Positions 1 through 12,657 of a DNA stretch of 64,000 nucleotides are shown in pieces. The stretch covers positions 1,568,001 to 1,632,000 of the forward strand of contig OZ219754.1 in assembly GCA_964291295.2 (NCBI GenBank), written 5' to 3'. Position numbers and translations under genes: made by a program. The DNA comes from an uncultured Candidatus Binatia bacterium (GTDB taxonomy: Bacteria; Desulfobacterota; Binatia; UBA9968; JAJDTQ01). The notes under the pieces were generated by a model. That model had not been told where the DNA came from. It searched no databases and saw only the letters and a program-made list of their open reading frames with translations. Numbering within the stretch: the stretch's first letter is position 1; every line of letters begins with the position of its first letter.

Positions 1-257
1 AGGTGCACGCCGTCGGCGCCAGCGGCCAGGGCGATGTCCACGCGGTCGTTGACGATGAGGAGACAGCCCGCGCGGGCGGTGCGGCGGCGAGCGCTCAGGG
101 CCAGACGCAGGAATTCGTCGGCCGGGCGCTCCTTCACTCTCAGCTGGAGCACCGAAACGCCTCCCGCCAGCATGGCGTCGATGACCGAAACCAGGGTGCG
201 GCTCCCGGTCCGGTCCGGGTCCGCGATGGCATAGAGTCTCGACGGCAGACGGTTCAT
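1..257 (-). CDS. thiE: Thiamine-phosphate synthase, 5' part (runs off the window edge)
   Basis: Manual translation from ATG at 257: [15 protein letters not shown]...GVSVLQLRVK...LLIVNDRVDIALAAGADGVHL. QLRxK and NDRxD...GADGVHL are ThiE motifs. ATG overlaps the ntrC stop (ATGA). Not in the ORF track. Confidence 0.9.
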   Translation of the reverse strand, partial: MNRLPSRLYAIADPDRTGSRTLVSVIDAMLAGGVSVLQLRVKERPADEFLRLALSARRRTARAGCLLIVNDRVDIALAAGADGVH

Positions 258-1726
258 GGTTCCCGCTTCACGGTGATCTTGAGGTCCGTGATCTTCTTTC
301 GCAGGGTGTTGCGGTTGATGCCCAGCCGTTGGGCGGCGCGTACCTGGTTGCCGCGGCTCGCCTGCAGGGTCAGTTCGATGAGAGGTCGTTCCACCCGCGC
401 CATGACCACGGAGTGGAGATTTTCCACCTGGATGCCGCGGGTACGCCGGAAATAGTCCGCCAGCTTGCCCCGGATGATCTCCTCCAGCGACAGGCTGTCG
501 TAGTCGCCGGGCGCCGGTTCCGGTGCGCGCGACAGGGCGAAGTCCCGTGACGACAGGATCGGACCCGGGGACAGCACCGCCGCGCGGATGATCCGGTTCT
601 CCAGCTCGCGCACGTTGCCGGGCCAGTCGTACTGCTGGAACTCCTTCAGCGCGTCCGGCGAAATCCCCGACACCTGTGTGCCCATGTCGCCGTTGACCTT
701 GGCGATGAAAAAGTCCACCAGCGACGGGATGTCGGTGCCCCGCTCCCGCAACGGCGGGATGTGGAGCGGTATGACGTTCAGGCGAAAGTAGAGGTCGTCC
801 CGGAAACGGTGCTCCTGGACCGCCTTCTCCAGGTTCCGGTTGGTCGCCGTCAGGAGCCGGGCGTCGGACCGGAGCACTTCCTTGCCGCCCACGCGCCGGT
901 ACGAGCCGTCCTGCAGCACCCGCAACAGCTTGGTCTGAAGATCCAGCGGCAGTTCGCCGATCTCATCGAGAAAAAGCGTTCCTCCCTGGGCCATCTCGAA
1001 GTTTCCGAGGTGGCGTTCCAGCGCCCCGGTGAACGCTCCCTTCTCGTGGCCGAACAGCTCGGATTCGAGCAGGTCCCGCGGAATCGCCGCGCAGTTCACC
1101 GGCACCAGGGGTTTGTCCCAGCGGGCGGAGTTGTAGTGAATCGTCTTCGCCACCAGTTCCTTGCCGGTGCCGCTTTCGCCGTGGATCAGGATCGTGGTGT
1201 CGGTGTTGGCGATCTGCCCGATGGTCTTGAAGACCTTCTGCATGGCCGCGCTGGTGCCGATCATGTTGACGCCGGGCTCGTACCGCTTCTTGACTTCCTT
1301 CTTGAGGCCGCTGAGTTCCAGGGTGAGTCGGCGCCGGTCCAGGGCCTTCTCCACCACCATGTTCAGGACGTCCAGGTCGAAGGGTTTGGTGAGGTAGTCG
1401 AAGGCGCCGGCCTTCATGGCGTCGATGGCGTTGCGCATGGTGTTCTGCGCGGTCATGACGATGAACGGCACCTGCAGGCCCGATTCCCTGGCGAAGTCGA
1501 GGAGCGCCAGTCCCTCGATATCGGGGAGTCCGATGTCCAGCAGCACGGCGTCGAAGCCGGGGCGCGCCAGGGTGCGGGCGTCGGTTGCGGACTCATCCAT
1601 GCACTGCCGCGCATCCGCTCCCGTGGCGGCGGCGGCCACCCAGTATCCCTGCCCCTCGAGGGACTTCCGGAGCACGCGGCTCAGCGAGTCGTCGTCTTCC
1701 ACCAGCAGGATGCGGCCCTGTTCCAT
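254..1726 (-). CDS. Sigma-54-dependent response regulator, NtrC family (receiver, AAA+, Fis-type HTH)
   Basis: ILLVEDD receiver, GESGTGKE Walker A, intact [23 protein letters not shown]-terminal [23 protein letters not shown]. Confidence 0.95.
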   Translation of the reverse strand: MEQGRILLVEDDDSLSRVLRKSLEGQGYWVAAAATGADARQCMDESATDARTLARPGFDAVLLDIGLPDIEGLALLDFARESGLQVPFIVMTAQNTMRNAIDAMKAGAFDYLTKPFDLDVLNMVVEKALDRRRLTLELSGLKKEVKKRYEPGVNMIGTSAAMQKVFKTIGQIANTDTTILIHGESGTGKELVAKTIHYNSARWDKPLVPVNCAAIPRDLLESELFGHEKGAFTGALERHLGNFEMAQGGTLFLDEIGELPLDLQTKLLRVLQDGSYRRVGGKEVLRSDARLLTATNRNLEKAVQEHRFRDDLYFRLNVIPLHIPPLRERGTDIPSLVDFFIAKVNGDMGTQVSGISPDALKEFQQYDWPGNVRELENRIIRAAVLSPGPILSSRDFALSRAPEPAPGDYDSLSLEEIIRGKLADYFRRTRGIQVENLHSVVMARVERPLIELTLQASRGNQVRAAQRLGINRNTLRKKITDLKITVKREP

Positions 1727-1731
1727 GGGCG

Positions 1732-2853
1732 TCAGTCCGGCCGGGCGGGCAGCGAGACCGTGAACAGGGACCCTTCACCCGGTTGGCTTGACACTCCCAG
1801 GCGGCCGCCGTGCTCCTTGACGGCGTGGTCGCAGATGGCCAGCCCGAGGCCGGTGCCGCGGCGTTTCCTGGTAAAGAAGGGCGAGAAGATGTCCGGCAGG
1901 TCGTCTTCGGCGATGCCCGTGCCGTCGTCGTGGAAATCCACGCTGACGAACTTCGTCGCACCGGAGTGTTCCATGCGCAGGGAGAAGTCCGTCTCCATGC
2001 GCGTGGTGACGGTGATGCAGGTGGGCCGGGCCTGGAGCGCGTTCTTCAGCAGGTTGAGGAAGACCTGGATCAGCCGGCTCCGGTCCCCCCGGATCACCGG
2101 CAGGCTGGGATCGAAGAGACGCCGGATGCGTACCCTGGCGGCGGCCGCCGCGTGGACCTCCAGGCCGAGGACGTGCTCCAGCAACTCGTGGACGTTGAGC
2201 GGCTCCCGGTGGAGCCCCGCCGGGCGCGCCAGGTCCAGCATCTGGTCCAGCAGCTGATTGACCCGGTCCACTTCCCGGATCATGATGTCCGTGTTTTCCA
2301 GCAGGGAAGGGTCGTGCGCCACCTCGGTGCGAATCAGTTGGGCCGCTCCCTTGATTCCTCCCAGAGGGTTCCTGATCTCGTGGGCCAGGCCCGCCGCCAG
2401 CTTGCCCAGCAGGGCCAGCCGGTCCGAGCGCCGCAGGTCTTCCTCCAGGGCCTGCCGCAGGGTCCGGTCACGCAGCAGCAGCACGCTGCCGGCGAGCCGT
2501 CCGTCCCGGTCCCGAAGGGGCGAGACCAGCGCACTCACGGGCACGCTCTTGCCCTGGGGTCTGAAGAACGGATTCTCCGCCCGGCTGGTACTCTCGTTCG
2601 GGCCGAGGCTGTTGTCGATCATGTCGAGCAGCCATGGGTTGGCGCGAAGGATGTCGTTGGAAGCCCCGGTCCGCAACCTGCCCGCCGAGAGACCGGTGAG
2701 GGTCTCGGCCGCCTGGTTCACGAAGGAGAGCCCGCGCCGCCGGTCCACCACCATGACGGCATCCTCCAGGCTGGTGAGAACGTCCTGCCAGGATACAGTC
2801 GCCGAAGCGTTGCCCGGGAGCGTTACGCTGGTCATGGGCCGCGGTCTCGACAT
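1732..2853 (-). CDS. PAS-domain histidine kinase, NtrB-like
   Basis: C-terminal part of ORF 1732..4023: PAS region, LAHEIRNPL H-box, QVFLNLLKNA N-box, DDGTGI and GTGLGL G-boxes. Start likely ATG 2853 or 2835; the upstream extension is antisense to rimP/nusA. Confidence 0.9.
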   Translation of the reverse strand: MSRPRPMTSVTLPGNASATVSWQDVLTSLEDAVMVVDRRRGLSFVNQAAETLTGLSAGRLRTGASNDILRANPWLLDMIDNSLGPNESTSRAENPFFRPQGKSVPVSALVSPLRDRDGRLAGSVLLLRDRTLRQALEEDLRRSDRLALLGKLAAGLAHEIRNPLGGIKGAAQLIRTEVAHDPSLLENTDIMIREVDRVNQLLDQMLDLARPAGLHREPLNVHELLEHVLGLEVHAAAAARVRIRRLFDPSLPVIRGDRSRLIQVFLNLLKNALQARPTCITVTTRMETDFSLRMEHSGATKFVSVDFHDDGTGIAEDDLPDIFSPFFTRKRRGTGLGLAICDHAVKEHGGRLGVSSQPGEGSLFTVSLPARPD

Positions 2854-3010
2854 GGGTGGTTTCGGAATCGGGTGGTCTCGGAAACGGAAAACCGGATGAT
2901 AGCCGGTGAAGGGGTCGGTTTCAAACCCGCCCGGAAGCCATGGCGCCGGCGTCCGGCGGAGACGTCCGGTTTGCATTGGGGCGCCTCCATGTAGTATGGG
3001 AACAGGCAGC

Positions 3011-3034
3011 AGTGGGCGCTTCGCCCGCTTTTTT
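3011..3034 (+). promoter_or_regulatory. rimP-leader-like hairpin with U-tract (attenuator of the nusA/infB operon)
   Basis: AGTGGGCG-CTT-CGCCCGCT followed by TTTTT just upstream of rimP. Resembles the known conserved rimP leader terminator. Confidence 0.65.
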
Positions 3035-3038
3035 ATTT

Positions 3039-3076
3039 GAGTTGACGAAGTTGAGTTGACGAAGTTGGGTTGCCGA
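3039..3076. repeat. 14-bp tandem repeat (about 2.5 copies)
   Basis: GAGTTGACGAAGTT / GAGTTGACGAAGTT / GGGTTGCCGA. Confidence 0.8.
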
Positions 3077-3570
3077 TGTCGCCAGGCGAGACACTGGATC
3101 GTCTTTGGGAGTTGGTCAGTCCCTTGGCCGCGGGCGCGGGACTGGATGTGGTGGACATCGAACTTCGGCACGAGGGGAGATCGGGACGGGTGCTGCGCGT
3201 GTATCTCGACAGGCTTGAGAAGCAGGACGAGAGAGAGGCCCCCGGAGTAGAGGAATTGGGCCGGATCAGCAGGGAGTTGAGCGATATCCTTGACGTCCAT
3301 GACGTGGTCGAGGGCTCCTACACCCTGGAGGTTTCCTCTCCCGGCATCAACCGTCCGCTCAGGAAACCGGAGCATTTTGCCCGCTGCGTCGGGCAGCAGG
3401 TCCGGGTCCATACCGTGGAGTTGATCGGCGGCCGAAGAAAGTTCCTCGGCCTGCTGCACGATGCCGCCGGCGACGGTGTCGTGGTGCTGCAGGACGGGCG
3501 CGAAGTATTTATCCCGTTCGGCCTTATCGTCAAGGCCAACGTCGAGCACGACTGGGCGTCGCACGGATGA
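3070..3570 (+). CDS. rimP: Ribosome maturation factor RimP
   Basis: YTLEVSSPGINRPL motif; first gene before nusA. ATG 3076 is an alternative start. Confidence 0.95.
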   Translation: MPMSPGETLDRLWELVSPLAAGAGLDVVDIELRHEGRSGRVLRVYLDRLEKQDEREAPGVEELGRISRELSDILDVHDVVEGSYTLEVSSPGINRPLRKPEHFARCVGQQVRVHTVELIGGRRKFLGLLHDAAGDGVVVLQDGREVFIPFGLIVKANVEHDWASHG

Positions 3571-3598
3571 CCGGGGAAAGCGCGGTCGGGGGCTGGAG

Positions 3599-5125
3599 AT
3601 GCAGCAGGATCTGAATCGAGTCATCGAGCAGGTGACAAAGGAGAAGGGTATCGACAAGGAGATCCTTGTCGAAGCCATCGAGTCCGCCATGGTGTCGGCG
3701 GCCAAGAAGACCTTCGGAGCGGAGCGCAGCTTCGAGGCGCAGTACAACCCCGACATCGGGGAGATCGAGTTGTTCGAGGCCAAGGTGGTGGTGGACGACG
3801 TCGCCGACCCCGATACCGAGATCGATTTCGACGAGGTCCGCGAGACGCTGGATCCGGACGCGGAACTGGGCGACGAACTGCTCATGAAGATCGACTCCGC
3901 GGTGTTCGGCCGGATCGCGGCCCAGGCGGCCAAGCAGAACATCGTGCAGCGGGTCCGGGATGTCGAGCGCGAGATCATCTTCAACGAGTTCAAGGACCGC
4001 CAGGGCGAGCTGGTCCACGGCATCGTTCAGCGCTTCGAGAAGAACAACATCATCGTGAACCTGGGAAGGACCAATGCGATCCTGCCGGAAAAGGAGCAGG
4101 TGCCGCGGGAACGATACCGGCAGGGGGACAGGATCCGCGCCTACATCGTCAGCGTCGAGATGACCAGCCGCGGCCCGCAGATCGTCCTGTCGCGCACTCA
4201 TCCGGGAATGCTGATCAAGCTGTTCGAGCAGGAGGTCCCCGAGATCTACGAAGGCATCGTCGAGGTCAAGGGAGCGGCGCGCGAGCCGGGCGGGCGGGCG
4301 AAGATCGCGGTGACCTCCAACGACCCCGACGTGGATCCGGTGGGCGCCTGCGTGGGGATGAAGGGCACCCGGGTCCAGTCGGTGGTGCAGGAACTGCGGG
4401 GAGAGAAGATCGACATCATCCACTGGATCTCCGAGCAGGCCGAGTATGTCTGCCGGGCGCTGGCCCCGGCCAAGGTCACCAAGATCCTGCTGGACGAGGA
4501 TGCGCACAGCATGGAGGTCATCGTTCCGGACGAGCAGCTCTCCCTGGCCATCGGGCGCAAGGGTCAGAACGTCCGACTGGCATCCCGGCTCACCGGCTGG
4601 GGCATCGACGCCCGCAGCGAGTCGGAGGCGGAGGAGGAGAGTCGGCTGGCGCGGCGGTCGCTCTCCGCGATCCCTGGCGTTGGCGAGGTGATGGCGGAGT
4701 TGCTCTACCAGTCCGGGTTCAAGTCGGCGGAGGATCTGACCGAGGCCGAGCCGGAGACCCTCAACGAGATCACCGGCATTGATTTGGAGAAGGCCGCGAT
4801 CATTCTGGATGCGGCCGCGCAGCACGTGGAGGAAGAGCGTGAACGGGCGGCCCGGGAGGCCGAGGAGGCGGCGGCAGCGGCGGCAGAGGAGGCCGCAGCC
4901 GGGGAAGGCGCAGCGGAGGAAGGTGTCGCCGGGGAGACCGAGGGCGCCGCCGGGGAAACCGGGGCAGCCGCCGGGGAGACCGAGGCAGCTGCCACGGAGA
5001 CCGAGGCTGCCGCTGCGGAAGGCGCCGCCACGGAACCTGCCGCTGCTAAAACCGAAGGCGTGGCCGCACCGGCTGTGGCACCGGACGAGGATGATGTGGA
5101 GCCGGGCTCCCGGCAAGGCGCGTGA
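3599..5125 (+). CDS. nusA: Transcription termination/antitermination factor NusA
   Basis: FGRIAAQAAKQ, S1/KH motifs (AREPGGRAKIAV, DPVGACVG, AIGRKGQNVRLA), HhH region and long Ala/Glu tail. ATG 3599 follows GGAG. Confidence 0.97.
   Translation: MQQDLNRVIEQVTKEKGIDKEILVEAIESAMVSAAKKTFGAERSFEAQYNPDIGEIELFEAKVVVDDVADPDTEIDFDEVRETLDPDAELGDELLMKIDSAVFGRIAAQAAKQNIVQRVRDVEREIIFNEFKDRQGELVHGIVQRFEKNNIIVNLGRTNAILPEKEQVPRERYRQGDRIRAYIVSVEMTSRGPQIVLSRTHPGMLIKLFEQEVPEIYEGIVEVKGAAREPGGRAKIAVTSNDPDVDPVGACVGMKGTRVQSVVQELRGEKIDIIHWISEQAEYVCRALAPAKVTKILLDEDAHSMEVIVPDEQLSLAIGRKGQNVRLASRLTGWGIDARSESEAEEESRLARRSLSAIPGVGEVMAELLYQSGFKSAEDLTEAEPETLNEITGIDLEKAAIILDAAAQHVEEERERAAREAEEAAAAAAEEAAAGEGAAEEGVAGETEGAAGETGAAAGETEAAATETEAAAAEGAATEPAAAKTEGVAAPAVAPDEDDVEPGSRQGA
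4928..5011 (+). repeat. Coding 21-bp tandem repeat x4 in the NusA tail
   Basis: GCCGGGGAGACCGAGGGCGCC-like units encoding AGETEGA/AGETGAA/AGETEAA/ATETEAA. Confidence 0.8.
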
Positions 5126-5141
5126 AGACGGCACGCCGGAA

Positions 5142-5405
5142 ATGAGTGCCCGCTCGCCGGTACGGACCTGTCTGGGTTGCGGTCAGCGCGACGAAAAGGC
5201 CGCCTTGCGGCGGATTGCGATCACGGAAGACGGCCTGCGGCCGGAAGATCTGGGAGGACGAGGAGGCTACCTGCACGACAGCGAAGATTGTTGGCGGGCG
5301 TTCCTGAAACGGAAGAGCGTCTATCGGGCGTTTCGTCGTGATCTGTCTCGCAAGGATCGAGAGGATCTGGTGGGAAGGCTTCGCGTTCAATGGAGTGGGA
5401 AATGA
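5142..5405 (+). CDS. ylxR: YlxR (DUF448/RnpM) RNA-binding protein
   Basis: PVRTCLGCG...GRGGYL...C...RAF motifs; conserved position between nusA and infB. Confidence 0.9.
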   Translation: MSARSPVRTCLGCGQRDEKAALRRIAITEDGLRPEDLGGRGGYLHDSEDCWRAFLKRKSVYRAFRRDLSRKDREDLVGRLRVQWSGK

Positions 5406-8221
5406 GCAAAGTGAGAGTGCATCAACTGGCCAGACAGCTCGAGATCGAGCCAAAGGACCTCATCGCCCAACTCGAAAAGATCAGGGTCCGTGGCAAGAAA
5501 CCGCAGAGCTCCCTTGATGAGTCGGAAGTCGAGGCCGTGAAGGCGGCCCTCGCCGCCATGGAGAAGCCGAAGGTCACGGTCGGTGAGGAACGGGTTGTGG
5601 TCGATCGCACGATCACGGCTGAAGACCAGCAGATGGGCGAGGTTCAGGCACAGGAGAAGGTGGTCGAGCGCCGCGTGCGCGCCAATGTCATCCGGCGCCG
5701 CAGAAGCACGGTGGAGCTGGTCACGCGCAAGCCCATTCAGCCGGTGGAGCCGCGGGAGGAGGAAGAGGCGCCCGAGAGCGCGCCGCCCGCGCCGGTCGAA
5801 GTCGCGCCGCTGCCAGCCGCCGCGGGCGAAGCGGAGGTTCCGGCCGCCGAGGGTATTGCGGGAGAGGCCGAGGCGCCGGTGGAGGAGGCCGCGGAGGCAA
5901 CGGCCGCGTCCGCGTCCGATGCGGCTGCCGGTGAGGCGCAGGCGGAGACGGAGCCACCGGAGGAAACCGGGGCGGAAGAGACGCCGGTTCCGGCGCCGCC
6001 GCCTGCCGCGGTGACGGAGGCGACCGAGGCGGTGGCGAGCGGGGCGAACGGTGTGAACGGCGCCGCTGAACCCGGGGGCGACCGACCTGCGCCGGCGGCC
6101 GCGCAACCCACGTTGACCGGCCCCCGGATCCTTGGACGCATCGACTTGAACCGGAAGCCGGCGGCGCCGGCGAAGACGCCGGCGGCCAAGACCGCGGCTC
6201 CGGGCGCGGCCCGCGAAGGGAAGCAGCCGCCGGCGGCGGACGGACAGGACAAGCCCGGCAAGGGAGCCAAGGGCAAGAAGCGGGTCATCCGGAAACAGGA
6301 GGTCATTGAGCTCAAGGAACGGGAGTTTCGCTCGCCCCGGGGCCGGATGCTCAGGAAGAAGCGGGCCTTGCCCGGCAAGGAGCAGAAGAAGACCGAGATC
6401 ACCGTGCCCAAGGCCAGCAAGCGGGTGGTCCGCATGGCCGAGGTCGTCACCGTCGGCGAGATGGCGCGGTCCATGGGCGTCAAGGCGGGCGAGGTCATCA
6501 AGAAACTCATGGGACTGGGCATGATGGCCACCATCAACCAGGTGCTGGACTACGACACCGCTACCCTGGTGGCCAACGAGTTCGATTACCAGGTCGAGAA
6601 CGTGGCGTTCGACGTGGAGACGGCGCTCCAGGATCAGCACGAGGTCACGGACCCGGAGGAGGCGCTGGAGCCAAGGCCGCCGGTGGTGACCATCATGGGA
6701 CATGTCGACCACGGCAAGACTTCGTTGCTCGACGCCATCCGAAGCACCCACGTGACCGATGCCGAGGCGGGCGGCATCACCCAGCACATCGGCGCCTATC
6801 ATGTCCGGCTCGACGGCAGGGGCGTGACCTTCCTCGACACTCCCGGCCACGAGGCCTTCACGGCCATGCGCGCTCGGGGTGCCAAGGTCACCGACATCGT
6901 GGTGCTGGTGGTCGCCGCCGACGACGGCGTGATGCCGCAGACCATCGAGGCGGTGGATCACGCCCGCGCCGCCGAGGTGCCGATCATCGTGGCCGTCAAC
7001 AAGATCGACCGTCCGGACGCCGACCCGGACCGGGCCCAGCGCGGTCTGTCCGACCACGGTCTGGTGCCCGAGGCGTGGGGCGGCGACACGGTCGTCGTGC
7101 CGGTTTCGGCCGTGACCGGCGAAGGGTTGTCCAATCTGCTGGAGATGCTGCTGCTTCAGGCGGATCTTCTGGAACTCAAGGCCAACCCCGACAAGCTTGC
7201 CCGCGGCGTGGTGGTGGAGGCCAGGCTGGAACGGGGCCGCGGCCCGGTCTCCACCGTACTGGTTCAGGAGGGTACGCTGCGGGTGGGCGACCCCATCTTC
7301 GCGGGGCCCCACCACGGCAAGGTGCGGGCCATGCTCGATGACCAGGGACGCAAGGTCGATCGGGCGACACCGTCGATACCGGTGGAGATCCTGGGGCTGC
7401 AGGGTGTGCCCCAGGCGGGCGAGGGGTTCTCGGCGCTCACCGACGAGGCCTCGGCGCGGCAGTTTGCGGAATACCGCGAGGGCCAGCAGCGCGAGGCCGA
7501 GTTGGCCAAGACCAGCAAGGTGTCCCTCGAAGAGTTCTACGACCAGATCAAGGCCAGCGAGGTCAAGGAACTGCGGGTGGTGGTGAAGGGCGATGTCCAC
7601 GGCTCCGTGGAGGCTCTCGGCGACGCCGTGACCCGCATCTCCACCGAGGAGGTGAAGATCCGGGTGATCCACGGCTCCGTGGGCGGCATCACCGAGAGCG
7701 ACGTGCTCCTGGCCAGTGCATCCAACGCCATCGTCATCGGCTTCAACGTCCGCCCGGAACCCAAGGCCACGAGCCTGGCGACGCAGCAGGGCGTGGACGT
7801 GAGGCTCTACACCATCATCTATGACGTGCTGGAAGACATCCGCTCGGCCATGGAGGGGCTCCTGGAGCCCATCTACCGCGAAGAGTTCCATGCCCGGATC
7901 CAGGTGCGCGAGGTCTTCAACATTCGCGGGGTGGGCACCATCGCCGGCTGTTCGGTCACCGACGGCAAGATCCTGCGTTCGAGCATGGTACGGCTGCTGC
8001 GGGATCAGGTGGTGGTGCACGAAGGCCGCCTCGCGAGCCTGAAGCGGTTCAAGGACGATGTGCGCGAGGTGGGGACGGGTTACGAGTGCGGCATCGCCAT
8101 TGATGGCTACCAGGACGTCAAGGTCGGCGACGTCATCGAGGGTTTCGCCAAGGTCCCCATCACCCGGGCACAGGTGCGGGCGGAAGGCGCCGGCGCGGCG
8201 CAGCTTTCCGCGGACCGGTAG
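5402..8221 (+). CDS. infB: Translation initiation factor IF-2
   Basis: [11 protein letters not shown]-terminus, [32 protein letters not shown]. Confidence 0.98.
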   Translation: MSKVRVHQLARQLEIEPKDLIAQLEKIRVRGKKPQSSLDESEVEAVKAALAAMEKPKVTVGEERVVVDRTITAEDQQMGEVQAQEKVVERRVRANVIRRRRSTVELVTRKPIQPVEPREEEEAPESAPPAPVEVAPLPAAAGEAEVPAAEGIAGEAEAPVEEAAEATAASASDAAAGEAQAETEPPEETGAEETPVPAPPPAAVTEATEAVASGANGVNGAAEPGGDRPAPAAAQPTLTGPRILGRIDLNRKPAAPAKTPAAKTAAPGAAREGKQPPAADGQDKPGKGAKGKKRVIRKQEVIELKEREFRSPRGRMLRKKRALPGKEQKKTEITVPKASKRVVRMAEVVTVGEMARSMGVKAGEVIKKLMGLGMMATINQVLDYDTATLVANEFDYQVENVAFDVETALQDQHEVTDPEEALEPRPPVVTIMGHVDHGKTSLLDAIRSTHVTDAEAGGITQHIGAYHVRLDGRGVTFLDTPGHEAFTAMRARGAKVTDIVVLVVAADDGVMPQTIEAVDHARAAEVPIIVAVNKIDRPDADPDRAQRGLSDHGLVPEAWGGDTVVVPVSAVTGEGLSNLLEMLLLQADLLELKANPDKLARGVVVEARLERGRGPVSTVLVQEGTLRVGDPIFAGPHHGKVRAMLDDQGRKVDRATPSIPVEILGLQGVPQAGEGFSALTDEASARQFAEYREGQQREAELAKTSKVSLEEFYDQIKASEVKELRVVVKGDVHGSVEALGDAVTRISTEEVKIRVIHGSVGGITESDVLLASASNAIVIGFNVRPEPKATSLATQQGVDVRLYTIIYDVLEDIRSAMEGLLEPIYREEFHARIQVREVFNIRGVGTIAGCSVTDGKILRSSMVRLLRDQVVVHEGRLASLKRFKDDVREVGTGYECGIAIDGYQDVKVGDVIEGFAKVPITRAQVRAEGAGAAQLSADR

Positions 8222-8305
8222 CCCCGGGTTCCCGTATTTCCGTTTCGCCGCACCCGGGACACGTTCCTCAACCGCTCCCGGCCGCGGCGACGTGACGTTG
8301 ACGCC

Positions 8306-8593
8306 ATGGTGGTGGGCGTTCTCAAGCTTGCGTTGATCCTGCCGGAGAATCATTCCCTCAAGGGGAAGCGGTCGGTGCTCCGGAAGATTCAGTCCCGGGT
8401 TTCCGACAAGTTCAACATTTCAGTAGCGGAGTGCGGGGATCAGGACCTGTGGCAGCGGTCGCTGCTGGGGTTCGGGGTGGTGGGCAGCAACGCCAGGGTC
8501 GTCGAAGCCACGCTGCGGCAGGTGGTCGAGTTCGTCGACCGGCTGGGCCTGGCGGAAGTCGGCGAGTCGGATCTCTCGATCCGGCACGAATAG
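8306..8593 (+). CDS. DUF503 (YlxP) family protein
   Basis: HSLKGKRSVL...FNISVAE...QDLWQR motif; conserved position after infB. Confidence 0.9.
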   Translation: MVVGVLKLALILPENHSLKGKRSVLRKIQSRVSDKFNISVAECGDQDLWQRSLLGFGVVGSNARVVEATLRQVVEFVDRLGLAEVGESDLSIRHE

Positions 8594-8717
8594 GTGCACG
8601 CAGCACGCAAGGATCCCGGCGCGCCATGAACAGGGACGGGCACCGACCTTCGAACGCGCCGTTGCCGCGGAAGCGGGAGGCCGGAAGGGCAGGGACGGGG
8701 TCTCGCGGGGGTCTCTC

Positions 8718-9083
8718 GTGAAGCATGGCCGGAAGACAGGCGCCCCCCGCTCGGAGCGGGTCGGCGAGTTGTTGATCGAGTTCATTTCCCGGCTGCTGGC
8801 GCGCACGCTGAACGATTCGCGGCTCCAGGGAGTCACGCTCACCGGCGTGGATGTCCGAGCCGACCTGAAGCACGCGCAGGTCTACTTCACCGTGCGCGAC
8901 GGCGTATCCGGCAAGGAACAGGCGCTCCCGGGTCTGCGCGCGGCCACGGGTTTCATTCGCGGCCGGATCGCCGCGGAGTTGAAGCTTCGTTTCGTCCCGA
9001 CCCTCGAGTTTGTCCACGACTCGTCCCCGGACCAGGCCCGGCGTATCGAGGAGCTCCTCGACGCGGTGGGTCCGGAACGGTGA
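8718..9083 (+). CDS. rbfA: Ribosome-binding factor A
   Basis: RSERVGE...DSRL...DLKHAQVY...[14 protein letters not shown]. Confidence 0.93.
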   Translation: MKHGRKTGAPRSERVGELLIEFISRLLARTLNDSRLQGVTLTGVDVRADLKHAQVYFTVRDGVSGKEQALPGLRAATGFIRGRIAAELKLRFVPTLEFVHDSSPDQARRIEELLDAVGPER

Positions 9084-9997
9084 GGCCGGCCGCCATGCAT
9101 TTCGCCGGCAGCGGCATCCTGCTGGTGGACAAGCCGGAAGGGCCGTCGTCGGCCCGGGTGGTGGCCGCCGCGAAACGGATCACCGGTGCCCGCAAGGTCG
9201 GCCACCTCGGCACCCTGGATCCGTTCGCTTCCGGTCTGCTGCCGCTGGCGGTCAACGAGGGTACGAAGGTCGCCGGGTACTTCCTGGACGCGGACAAGGG
9301 ATACACCGGCGTGATGGCGTTGGGGACGGAGACGGATACGCAGGACCGAACCGGCGAGGTGCTGTCCCGGTGCGCGGTTCCCGTCCTCGCCGCCGGGGAT
9401 CTCGATGCGGTGCGCCGGGAGTTCAGCGGCTCTCTGTGCCAGGTGCCGCCGATGTACTCGGCGCTCAAGAGGGAGGGCGCCCGCCTTTACGATCTGGCCC
9501 GCAAGGGGGTGGAGGTGGAGCGGGAGCCGCGCAGCGTCCGGGTGGAGATCGTCCGTCTGGAACAGGTGCGCCGGGCCGAGCTGGAGTTCGAGATCACCTG
9601 CTCCAAGGGAACCTATGTCAGGACCCTGGCCGCCGACATCGGCCGGTTCCTCGGCTGCGGCGCTCACCTGGGGCGGCTTCGCAGGGTGGCGTCCGGCCCC
9701 TTCCGGATCGCCGACGCGGTGGTGCTGGAGGATCTCGAAGCAGCCCGGGATGTGCCGCTGGTGCCGTTGAACCAGGCTCTGGGGCACCTGGGATGTGCGG
9801 TATTCGACGCCGGCGCGGTGGGCCGGCTCCGGCGGGGCATCCAGGACTGCCTGGCGGGGGTCGGAGAACCGGCTCCGGGCGAGACCGCGCGGCGGGTGGT
9901 GGGGCCGCACGGCGAACTGGTGGCGCTCATGGGCTGGGACAGGCACTTGCGGAGGTGGCGGCTCCTTCGGGTTCTGGATCTTTCCGCGGCGCCCTGA
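9080..9997 (+). CDS. truB: tRNA pseudouridine(55) synthase
   Basis: [39 protein letters not shown]. Confidence 0.96.
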   Translation: MRPAAMHFAGSGILLVDKPEGPSSARVVAAAKRITGARKVGHLGTLDPFASGLLPLAVNEGTKVAGYFLDADKGYTGVMALGTETDTQDRTGEVLSRCAVPVLAAGDLDAVRREFSGSLCQVPPMYSALKREGARLYDLARKGVEVEREPRSVRVEIVRLEQVRRAELEFEITCSKGTYVRTLAADIGRFLGCGAHLGRLRRVASGPFRIADAVVLEDLEAARDVPLVPLNQALGHLGCAVFDAGAVGRLRRGIQDCLAGVGEPAPGETARRVVGPHGELVALMGWDRHLRRWRLLRVLDLSAAP

Positions 9998-10083
9998 GGC
10001 TTGGTGCGGCGGCATTGCACGGACGCCGCGGGTATGTTAGAGACCATGTGAAATACAAGAAAAGGGAGAAAGAAAAGGGTTCG

Positions 10084-10353
10084 ATGGAATCAGTTCGGGA
10101 GCAGACCAGCGAGACGATCAGGAACTTCAGACTTCACGACACCGACACCGGTTCGCCTGAGGTGCAGGTGGCCCTTCACAGCCACCGTATCGCTTACCTG
10201 ACAGAGCACCTGAGAACGCACAGGAAGGACCATCACACGCGGATGGGCCTGCTCAGGCTCGTGGGAAAGAGGCGGCGGCTTCTGGACTATCTCAGGAAGA
10301 GGGATGTCCGGAGGTATCAGACCTTGATCCGGCGCCTGGGTATCCGGCGATAG
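10084..10353 (+). CDS. rpsO: 30S ribosomal protein S15
   Basis: [10 protein letters not shown]...KDHH...[12 protein letters not shown]...LGIRR; 89 aa from ATG 10084. Confidence 0.96.
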   Translation: MESVREQTSETIRNFRLHDTDTGSPEVQVALHSHRIAYLTEHLRTHRKDHHTRMGLLRLVGKRRRLLDYLRKRDVRRYQTLIRRLGIRR

Positions 10354-10420
10354 ATACCCGGACGGCGGTGTCCTTCCCGCGTTCTTCTCTTCAGCCTCCA
10401 CGACCCTCGAGAGTACACCC

Positions 10421-12520
<2,100 letters not shown>

Positions 12521-12594
12521 CGGATGCGGGTCCCGACCCCGCCGTGCCTGGTTGAGGCTCCGATGGCTGAACTCCGGTCGCTCCCGTACCGGCC

Positions 12595-12650
12595 GCTGCA
12601 ACTTCGACAGCTGCAATTCCGACAGCTGAAACTTCGATAGCTGAAACCCG
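12595..12650. repeat. 15-bp degenerate tandem repeat (about 3.7 copies)
   Basis: GCTGCAACTTCGACA / GCTGCAATTCCGACA / GCTGAAACTTCGATA / GCTGAAACCCG, immediately before the M16 peptidase ATG. Confidence 0.85.
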
Positions 12651-12657
12651 CTCCGCA

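Noticed and set aside
2854-4023. N-terminal extension of the histidine kinase ORF to 763 aa
   Set aside because: Antisense to rimP/nusA; kinase-like sequence only begins near 2853.
5387-8353. 988-aa antisense ORF over infB, and similar long shadow ORFs (e.g. 25579-29184 +, 17256-19784 -, 37453-39642 -)
   Set aside because: They mirror well-supported genes in high-GC DNA where stops are rare, and show no recognisable motifs.
9010-10083. 447-aa ORF apparently fusing upstream sequence to S15
   Set aside because: Off-frame overlap with truB; S15 has its normal 89-aa length from ATG 10084.
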